From the NCBI GenBank assembly GCA_938074045.1, contig CALJGI010000015.1, positions 56,019-120,018 of the forward strand: DNA of 64,000 bases, given 5' to 3'. The stretch's first letter is position 1, and each line of letters opens with the position of its first letter. The stretch comes from an uncultured Halieaceae bacterium (GTDB taxonomy: Bacteria; Pseudomonadota; Gammaproteobacteria; Pseudomonadales; Halieaceae). Below the pieces are notes generated by a model that saw nothing but the letters and a program-made list of their open reading frames with translations, was not told the origin of the DNA and did no database searches. A program made the position numbers and the translations under genes. Below are positions 50,235 to 56,842 of this stretch, one piece after another.

Positions 50235-50264
50235 CTATTGGATCACCATCGGGAAGAAACCACA

Positions 50265-51203
50265 ATGAAACACGATTATAGACGGAACATTTACATCAGT
50301 GCTGCCTTTGCCATTGGCTTGAATACGTCGGGATGTGTATACACGTCCTTGTCGTCATCCACGCATGCTGAGCTATATCGCTGGGATGATAGCGGCTTGA
50401 CACTCGTTGCCAGTAGAAACGTTATGGAAGACCGTGAATCGAATCGATACTTCAACTTCTCAGACATCCTCATAAAAGACAAAACGCTGGAACAGCTTGG
50501 TGATGCACCTTACGTATTCAGAAGCTGTGATGTGGCTGTATGCCATGAAATAGTACTGTTCCACGACAACGTGGAGGAAGGACCGCACAATCTGCTGATC
50601 GGTGGGTTTGCAGCGTCCGGGTTGTCCACGGCAATGTACCGTGAGGTAGCTGATCTGGACCCAGCTGATGCCCGGCAGGCCCTCAATGAGTTGGCGGCAC
50701 AATTGCTTCGTGAGCCAGGACTGGATAATCACTATACAGAATTTGTGCAGCTCGACCTGAGCGCGGCGCAGGATAATGCGAAACTCAAGAGTGTTGCCTG
50801 GGAAAGTTATGCTCAGGAGGCGATAAGCTCAGGAGAGGAGATGTCGATAAATCAGATCGTACGTTCCAGTGTTACCGCTACGCGAGATCTATCAAGCGAC
50901 GCTGATTTTACGTTCTCCACAGCGCAGAACATTTTTCTGGATATCGATGTATCGGAACGCATGACAGACAATGTTCATTTATCTGTATGCGGAGACTTCC
51001 AGAAGTCAGGTATTGGTTACCTGGTGAACTATGCTGACTGTCAATTGAAAGTGATGATGTTAGATGGCAGCTACCAGGGTAGTTTACGACAATCTCAGGC
51101 AGGGGGAGAGCTCCTGATTACCCTACTGCCGGTCAGCAGCCCGGAAGATATTGAGTATTTTCTGTGGGACAGTGCGGTTGAAAATATATTTTCTGTGCGG
51201 TGA
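50265..51203 (+). CDS. Hypothetical lipoprotein
   Basis: MKHDYRRNIYISAAFAIGLNTSGC has a lipobox-like end. The gene follows the LruC gene by 30 nt. I recognised no family. Confidence 0.55.
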   Translation: MKHDYRRNIYISAAFAIGLNTSGCVYTSLSSSTHAELYRWDDSGLTLVASRNVMEDRESNRYFNFSDILIKDKTLEQLGDAPYVFRSCDVAVCHEIVLFHDNVEEGPHNLLIGGFAASGLSTAMYREVADLDPADARQALNELAAQLLREPGLDNHYTEFVQLDLSAAQDNAKLKSVAWESYAQEAISSGEEMSINQIVRSSVTATRDLSSDADFTFSTAQNIFLDIDVSERMTDNVHLSVCGDFQKSGIGYLVNYADCQLKVMMLDGSYQGSLRQSQAGGELLITLLPVSSPEDIEYFLWDSAVENIFSVR

Positions 51204-51236
51204 CTGGCATAAAGAGTGGAATGTAATAGAGGAAGG

Positions 51237-51254
51237 GCCCCCGCGAGCGGGGGC
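51237..51254. terminator. GC-rich hairpin between convergent genes (GCCCCCG-CGAG-CGGGGGC)
   Basis: It has a 7-bp perfect stem and a 4-nt loop. No clear U-tract is present on either strand. Confidence 0.45.
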
Positions 51255-51318
51255 GTGCTGCTGAACCTGTGGTATGTGTGGGGTTAGCTGGCACTGCAGA
51301 AGAGAGGGGTGGGGGTGA

Positions 51319-51978
51319 TTAGTAAGCGCCTCGCGCTGACAGCACTGCGGGCACTGTGCGGATAAGAATGAGGAGGTCGGTCAATACAGAGCGGTTGTCG
51401 ATATACTCCAGATCCAGTCGTACCTGATCAGTGAAGGGTAGCTCAGATCTTCCGGATATTTGCCAAAGGCAGGTAATCCCCGGTACAACGGCGAGGCGCT
51501 GCATCTCGTAGCTGCTGTATTCGGCAACTTCGGAAGGAATTGGTGGGCGGGGGCCAACCAGCGTCATATCACCAGAAACAACATTCCACAGTTGCGGCAG
51601 CTCGTCGACTGAAAACTTTCTGATCCATTTCCCAAGCCGGGTGATACGTGGATCCTGGCGTATCTTGAAAGTGGGGCCGTCACTGATTTCATTGCTGTCT
51701 GACAGCATGTTTTTAATTGCTTCGGCGTCTACCACCATTGACCTGAACTTCCAGCACGTGAAATGGCTGCCGTCTTTTCCTACCCTCGTCTGTCCGAAAA
51801 GGACTGGCCCTGGACTGTCTAATTTAAGCGCTGCTGCTACCAGCAGTAGGAAGGGTAGGGCTACCAGCAGAGCGATGCCTGCCACAGCTATATCTATGGC
51901 TCGCTTGATCATTTCATAGGTGGTAACAGATTGGATGTGCAGGGTTGAGTAGGCCCACAGGTTTGTTATTCGTTGCAT
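51319..51978 (-). CDS. Polyprenyl-phosphate sugar-phosphate transferase (Bac_transf family; WbaP C-terminal-domain-like priming enzyme)
   Basis: It has the motifs KRAIDIAVAGIALLV, SPGPVLFGQTRVG, FKIRQDPRITRLG, DELPQLWNV..GDMTLVGPRP. I chose ATG 51978 (GGAGA upstream) because ATG 52014 would lie upstream of the predicted sigma-54 transcription start. ATG 51912 is also possible. Confidence 0.85.
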   Translation of the reverse strand: MQRITNLWAYSTLHIQSVTTYEMIKRAIDIAVAGIALLVALPFLLLVAAALKLDSPGPVLFGQTRVGKDGSHFTCWKFRSMVVDAEAIKNMLSDSNEISDGPTFKIRQDPRITRLGKWIRKFSVDELPQLWNVVSGDMTLVGPRPPIPSEVAEYSSYEMQRLAVVPGITCLWQISGRSELPFTDQVRLDLEYIDNRSVLTDLLILIRTVPAVLSARGAY

Positions 51979-52020
51979 TGTAGAGTTCTCCAGAATGTCC
52001 TTGTTGACACTCATCTACGT

Positions 52021-52036
52021 CGCAAACCGCGTGCCA
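52021..52036 (-). promoter_or_regulatory. Sigma-54 (-24/-12) promoter candidate for the priming transferase gene
   Basis: The minus strand reads TTGGCACG-CGGT-TTGCG, a perfect TGGCACG-N4-TTGC core. The predicted +1 is near 52010. Confidence 0.65.
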
Positions 52037-52101
52037 ATCCTACAACTAATTGAAATACATGAAGAAATCTTTGTGATGCTTGAGATGGCGTGTAGATTCA
52101 C

Positions 52102-52113
52102 TGCAATTTGCAA
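52102..52113. promoter_or_regulatory. TGCAATTTGCAA motif (TGCAWWWTGCAA family; inverted repeat TGCAA-T-TTGCA) between the divergent sigma-54 promoters
   Basis: It lies 65 nt from the minus-strand -24 element and 133 nt from the plus-strand -24 element, which is enhancer-like geometry. Confidence 0.4.
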
Positions 52114-52244
52114 AGCCTTCTGCAACTCATGCTGCGCCATGCTAATAAATCCGGTCGCTACGAATTCTGCGTTGCTAGGCTCAGAACCTATAAAAACAGT
52201 AATTTTTGAGTATTTTTTACGGCTTTATTTGGCGTCAGGAAAAC

Positions 52245-52260
52245 TGGCACGAACTCTGCA
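52245..52260 (+). promoter_or_regulatory. Sigma-54 (-24/-12) promoter candidate for the DUF6492-GT4-flippase-sulfotransferase operon
   Basis: The sequence is CTGGCACG-AACT-CTGCA, with invariant GG and GC at the correct spacing and one mismatch to TTGC. The predicted +1 is near 52271, the RBS GGAGAG is at 52283-52288 and the ATG is at 52296. Confidence 0.6.
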
Positions 52261-52295
52261 TTCCCTTGTGTAGATGCCAATTGGAGAGACTAAAA

Positions 52296-53174
52296 ATGCA
52301 GCAAGAGAAGTTGACCGAGACAGATATAGCGCTGGTCACGTGTTCATACGGCCCAGATTTTAAGCGTTGCCAGCGGCTGTGCGCCAGTGTGGACCAGTAT
52401 GTACCTGCGGCGATTGAACATATTCTGGTGGTCCCAGCAGAAGATCAAAAACTATTCAGTCAATTAGGTACTGGCAATCGAGTCATTGTCAGCGTTGAAG
52501 ACACTCTTCCATGTCGCTTCTCCCGAATTCCAATGACGAGAAAGTGGTGGCTGGGACCAAACTTTTGGCCCGTTCGCGGATGGATGTTGCAACAGCTCAC
52601 CAAATTGAGCGCGGACAGGCTGACGGACCGAGAGCTCATCATGTTTGTGGATTCGGACATCGAGTTTATTCGACCGCTGCTGACAGGACTGATTGTGCAA
52701 GGGGAATTGTGCCGACTGCACCGTCATCCTGGAGAGAAAAATACTGGAGAACACCTTAGGTGGCATCACATGGCAGCAGAGGTCCTCGATCTACCTAAAC
52801 AGTACTTCGGTAGTGATTATATTGCGCCTCTGGTCACATGGCGAAGAAGCAATCTGATCAGCTTGAAAAACATTATGCAGATACGTTCACAGCTGCCATG
52901 GCATGAATTATTGCTGCGGCGATTAACTATGTCTGAGTACATTTTATATGGAGTTTATGTTGAACATGTGTTGGGCGAGGACAACAACGGCCATTTCCCG
53001 GACGATGGGACACTTTGTCATTGCTGTTGGTTTGGTGAAGACGCCAATTTGTTGAATCGTGAACAGCGCGTCAGTGATTCTTCCCTTGCGGTTCTCATTC
53101 AATCCAATATCGGCCTGTCTGTTGATCATGTCGATGCCTTGATGCAGCAAGTACGCACCCAACTGGCACGTTAG
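52296..53174 (+). CDS. DUF6492-like protein, putative GT-A-like nucleotide-sugar transferase
   Basis: It has IALVTCSYGPDF... and a DxD-like motif FVDSDIEF. It is the first gene of the plus-strand polysaccharide operon. The family call is from memory. Confidence 0.5.
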   Translation: MQQEKLTETDIALVTCSYGPDFKRCQRLCASVDQYVPAAIEHILVVPAEDQKLFSQLGTGNRVIVSVEDTLPCRFSRIPMTRKWWLGPNFWPVRGWMLQQLTKLSADRLTDRELIMFVDSDIEFIRPLLTGLIVQGELCRLHRHPGEKNTGEHLRWHHMAAEVLDLPKQYFGSDYIAPLVTWRRSNLISLKNIMQIRSQLPWHELLLRRLTMSEYILYGVYVEHVLGEDNNGHFPDDGTLCHCCWFGEDANLLNREQRVSDSSLAVLIQSNIGLSVDHVDALMQQVRTQLAR

Positions 53175-53186
53175 GAGACACCCGTG

Positions 53187-54440
53187 ATGAAGAAAATGCT
53201 GTTTCTAACATCGGAATTACCCTGGCCATTGCATAGTGGTGGTAAATTAAAGACCTTCAAGCTGCTGGAATCACTGGCATCAAAGTATGATGTAACACTC
53301 GTATGCCCTTTGAAAGGTGAAGACGAGCAATATCTCAATGAGTTTTGTCGTCTATCGCCATGCCGAATTCATCTGCATGAGCCCGTTGATCGTGCCAGAA
53401 ATGCGACTAACCTGGTAAAGAGCTATATCGCCGGTGTACCACTGAATGTACTGCGGAGTTATAGCGAGCAGTTGGCGTCGAGGACACGCAAAATAGCTGC
53501 ACACTTCGACGTGATCTTTCTCGATCACTATGAGTTGCATTACTACATACCGCAATCTCAGTTTGGGAAAGTGATTTATCACGCTCACAACACCTACCAC
53601 AAGATTTGGCAAACCTACGCGGCGACGCCAGGCAATATCTTATTTAGAGCGGCTGCATGGCTGGAGTTTAAGCGGGTTAAGACCTGCGAGAAGCGGCTGT
53701 GTAAAAAGGTAAGGTTAGTACTGGCTGCACCTGGCGATATTGAAATCCTGAGTCAGGGTTTGTCAGGCTCCGTGCCATTCCACCCGACATACCACTTGGG
53801 AAACAGCTCTCAGCTGACCATGCCAGATCTGGCGTTTGATCGATCAAAGCATAAGTTGGTCTACGTTGGTTTTCTTGGCTGGGAGCCGAATTCAGCAGGA
53901 CTGTTGTGGTTTATTGAGCGGGTTTGGCCCAGGTTGGTCAATGTGTTTCCCGAGCTTACCTTTGACATTGTAGGCAAAAACCCGGATCAGCGACTGTCTT
54001 CGGCTGTAGCCCAACACCGGGGGATTACGCTCTGTGGCTTTGTTGAAGATCTGGAAACGGTCTACCAGCAAGGGAGTGTTTCTGTTGCCCCTTTGCTGTT
54101 TGGAAGCGGCATGAAAGTTAAGGTATTAGATGCTATGTCCCGCGGATTGCCCGTGGCAACTACCTCGATCGGGGCTGAGAGCATTGCCTGTGACCATGGA
54201 GAGCATCTAATGATCGGCGATACTCCAGAGTTGATGACTGAGAACATTACTCAATTGTTGCGTGATGAAGGGCTATGGAATCGATTGCAGCTCAGTTCTC
54301 GTCAACTTATTCGCGAACACTATACCTGGGAATCCATGTTTTCCGAGATGCACAGGGTGATCGACTGTTTGGATATCTGCGTGACCGACCGCAGAAGTAG
54401 CGACGTGATGTTGCAATTGTCGCTGGTTGGAGAGCGCTAG
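53187..54440 (+). CDS. Glycosyltransferase family 4 (GT-B, Glycos_transf_1)
   Basis: The N-terminus is MKKMLFLTSELPWPLHSGGKL. The C-terminal region LVYVGFLGWEPN...SGMKVKVLDAMSRGLPVATTSIGAE carries an EX7E-like motif. Confidence 0.8.
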   Translation: MKKMLFLTSELPWPLHSGGKLKTFKLLESLASKYDVTLVCPLKGEDEQYLNEFCRLSPCRIHLHEPVDRARNATNLVKSYIAGVPLNVLRSYSEQLASRTRKIAAHFDVIFLDHYELHYYIPQSQFGKVIYHAHNTYHKIWQTYAATPGNILFRAAAWLEFKRVKTCEKRLCKKVRLVLAAPGDIEILSQGLSGSVPFHPTYHLGNSSQLTMPDLAFDRSKHKLVYVGFLGWEPNSAGLLWFIERVWPRLVNVFPELTFDIVGKNPDQRLSSAVAQHRGITLCGFVEDLETVYQQGSVSVAPLLFGSGMKVKVLDAMSRGLPVATTSIGAESIACDHGEHLMIGDTPELMTENITQLLRDEGLWNRLQLSSRQLIREHYTWESMFSEMHRVIDCLDICVTDRRSSDVMLQLSLVGER

Positions 54441-54443
54441 CAC

Positions 54444-55742
54444 ATGACGAGCCTATGCAAAATGAGTGTATTGGCTCTGAGTCGGGGCTTTGCAGTCTGC
54501 GCCCAGTTCGCCGTGCAAATTATAGTGGGTTATGTGGCGGGAGCGGCAGCCCTGGGAAGTTATCAATTGTTTACGGTGTGGTCGGCAATCCTGGGTGAGG
54601 GTATTGGCCGTGGTTTGCCAACCGGTACGATGAAAAAGGTCAGCGTGAATTTTGCAGAGGGAAAGTTATCGTCTATTTCGAATTGGATGGCATGGTCCTG
54701 TCGCGAGATAATCAGAGGTTGCGTGCCTCTCTTTTTACTATTCGTTCTGTTTTCGCTAGCGGCACGGATAGCCGGACTGCAAGTCAGTGATACTGCATTG
54801 GCATTTTGCGGTGGCGTCCTCCTTGCCGCGCCCTTGTTTGCCCTGAGTCGGGTTTATGCTGAAGCATTGAAGGCTATCGAACGACAGGTATTCGCCGTCG
54901 CAGTTGAAAACCTCATGGTCCCTGCATTCATATTGCTGCTGTGTGGTGTCTATGTAATTTTTGGATTGAGCGTCAATGAGGTGGCTCTTTTGATGGCATT
55001 TTCTGCCGCAGTTCTGTCTTCTTATTTGATAATGAGGCGAGCGCTTTTGAGATCCCTTTATGGCCTTTTGAATTCTTCTAAAGGCACAGAGTCTTGCCTG
55101 CCTCATTCTCGGGAGCTTAAGTATTTTTGGTTAATCGGATTACTCAATATTTGTTCATTGCAGATGCCTTTCCTTGTGCTTCCCTTATTCGCAGATTTGG
55201 CGGAGATAGGAGTGTTTGCTTTAGCCTTTAAGTTCATTAATGTGGTCACCACGATTCTCCTACTTTTATCGGCGGTATATAGTCCGCGCATGGCTCGCGC
55301 CGCGGCTATACACGATGTTTCCGGACTCCGCAGTCTGCTGCAGCAGACGCAGCTGATATCTGTGTGCGTATTTGTACCCTTAACCGCGTTTATCTACTTA
55401 AGCAGTGGATATATATCTGAATATCTGGGAGAAGACTTTGTAGGAGTCAAGGCTTTCTATCTTATTCTTGCCGTAGGCTATTTGTTCAATGCGGCGACCG
55501 GGTTACAAGGCGTACTGCTTAACATGGCGGGCGCTGCAAAGTTTGAAACCATTATTTCGGTTATTGTGATGGTAGTGTCTTTTTTTGCAGCGCTGGCATT
55601 CGGTCACCAGTACGGCGTAACTGGCGTTGCCATGGTATTCACCTGTGCTATTGCTTTAAAGAATATAGCGTCATATCTGGTGGCACTGTACTGGTTGAAT
55701 CACCTGGAAGTGGCCTCAAGAGATTTGGTGGTGGCTGTATGA
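54444..55742 (+). CDS. Polysaccharide flippase (Wzx-like, MOP superfamily)
   Basis: The protein is 432 aa with ~12 predicted TM segments and sits inside a glycan locus. It overlaps the sulfotransferase start by ATGA. Confidence 0.7.
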   Translation: MTSLCKMSVLALSRGFAVCAQFAVQIIVGYVAGAAALGSYQLFTVWSAILGEGIGRGLPTGTMKKVSVNFAEGKLSSISNWMAWSCREIIRGCVPLFLLFVLFSLAARIAGLQVSDTALAFCGGVLLAAPLFALSRVYAEALKAIERQVFAVAVENLMVPAFILLLCGVYVIFGLSVNEVALLMAFSAAVLSSYLIMRRALLRSLYGLLNSSKGTESCLPHSRELKYFWLIGLLNICSLQMPFLVLPLFADLAEIGVFALAFKFINVVTTILLLLSAVYSPRMARAAAIHDVSGLRSLLQQTQLISVCVFVPLTAFIYLSSGYISEYLGEDFVGVKAFYLILAVGYLFNAATGLQGVLLNMAGAAKFETIISVIVMVVSFFAALAFGHQYGVTGVAMVFTCAIALKNIASYLVALYWLNHLEVASRDLVVAV

Positions 55743-56689
55743 GAGATACGCGCAGAGAGAACGCTCTGGATTTTGTGATTGTAGGCGCACAAAAATCAGC
55801 AACAACATCTTTGTTTGAAATACTTAAAAACCACCCCCTCATCAGCTTGCCTATTGAAAAGGAAGTGCCGTTTTTTTCTGGTGATGATTTCGACCCCAGG
55901 CTGTGGCCCCGGTTTATGCAGTGTCACTTCGATGCAGCCTCACCCGGACAGATACTGGGAAAAATAAGCCCACAGTACATGTGTGACAGGCGGGTTGCAG
56001 GACGACTGGCCGGGCTGATGCCAGAAGTGCGGGTGATAGCTATATTACGAGATCCCATTGAGCGCAGCTGGTCGCATTTCCAAATGGGTAAGCGGCGGAT
56101 GACTGAGGAGAGGGATTTTTCAGGGGCGGTACGCGAGCTACTGGAGATCGATGCTCAGGAAAAAGCGGTATCACAAACGCCTCCGACCCACGCTGATGGT
56201 TATGAGTCGGAAGGCGATTTTTATCTGGCCTGGAGTGAATATGGTCGCCAGCTTACGGAGTTTTACCAGCACTTCTCCAGCGACCAGATACTGGTGCTTT
56301 TCACAGAAGACCTGAAGCGCGACCCGCAGTTGGTTATTGATCGCGTTCTGGCTTTCATAGGTCTTGCATCCGGTTACTCGCCAGCAAATCTCTCAACCAG
56401 ATCTCACCAGGGCGGGGGCGGTATGAAAATTTCTCACAACGTACGGGAGTGGTTTCGGCAGTGCCCACCCGTAGGTTGGCTGTGGTCACTGGTGCCGCCG
56501 CGTATACAGGGGAGAATCCGGTTCAAATATGAGCAATGGAACATTAGCGGGAGAGACGATCAAATGCCCCTGTGTGATGACCTGCGACAACTCCTTTATT
56601 CGCATTTTGCGAGAGACTTGAATCGCCTGAATGACTATGTCGAGTTGCTGCCGGAATGGAAATCGAGATATCGCCTGGATCTGCAGTAG
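55739..56689 (+). CDS. PAPS-dependent sulfotransferase (heparan-sulfate sulfotransferase-like, Sulfotransfer_1 type)
   Basis: It has the 5'-PSB loop FVIVGAQKSATTSL and the 3'-PB motif ILRDPIERSWSHF. Confidence 0.75.
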   Translation: MRDTRRENALDFVIVGAQKSATTSLFEILKNHPLISLPIEKEVPFFSGDDFDPRLWPRFMQCHFDAASPGQILGKISPQYMCDRRVAGRLAGLMPEVRVIAILRDPIERSWSHFQMGKRRMTEERDFSGAVRELLEIDAQEKAVSQTPPTHADGYESEGDFYLAWSEYGRQLTEFYQHFSSDQILVLFTEDLKRDPQLVIDRVLAFIGLASGYSPANLSTRSHQGGGGMKISHNVREWFRQCPPVGWLWSLVPPRIQGRIRFKYEQWNISGRDDQMPLCDDLRQLLYSHFARDLNRLNDYVELLPEWKSRYRLDLQ

Positions 56690-56695
56690 GCACGT

Positions 56696-56707
56696 TGCAT
56701 AATGCAA
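56696..56707. promoter_or_regulatory. TGCATAATGCAA motif (TGCAWWWTGCAA family; inverted repeat TTGCAT-A-ATGCAA)
   Basis: It lies in the 153-nt gap between the sulfotransferase and exporter genes, ~110 nt upstream of the sigma-54-like element at 56816. Confidence 0.4.
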
Positions 56708-56815
56708 TGCCTCCGGCGACGCCTGCTGATAAATATTCGCAGTAGAAGCTAGTGTTGCTACAGGAATAGCGGTTAAGTTACTGTTATTAAAGCATAAAAG
56801 ATGGGTTGGCCCAAT

Positions 56816-56831
56816 TGGCATTCGCCTTGCA
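56816..56831 (+). promoter_or_regulatory. Sigma-54-like -24/-12 element directly upstream of the exporter gene
   Basis: The sequence is TTGGCAT-TCGCC-TTGCA, with GG and GC at the correct spacing. The predicted +1 (~56842) abuts ATG 56843, so no leader or RBS would exist. Confidence 0.35.
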
Positions 56832-56842
56832 CTACATTGGGT

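Noticed and set aside
52087-52095. GGCGTGTAG as a possible ops/JUMPStart (GGCGGTAG) antitermination element
   Set aside because: It carries an insertion and mismatch relative to the 8-nt ops core. It also lies upstream of the predicted transcription start at ~52271, so it would not be in the plus-strand operon's transcript.
56689-56699. GGCACGTTGCA resembling sigma-54 boxes
   Set aside because: The -24-like and -12-like boxes are directly adjacent with no spacer, which is incompatible with sigma-54 binding.
56801-56842. ATG 56801 as the start of the exporter gene
   Set aside because: The 14 extra residues (MGWPNWHSPCTTLG) precede a textbook signal peptide that begins at ATG 56843, and the extension overlaps the sigma-54-like element.
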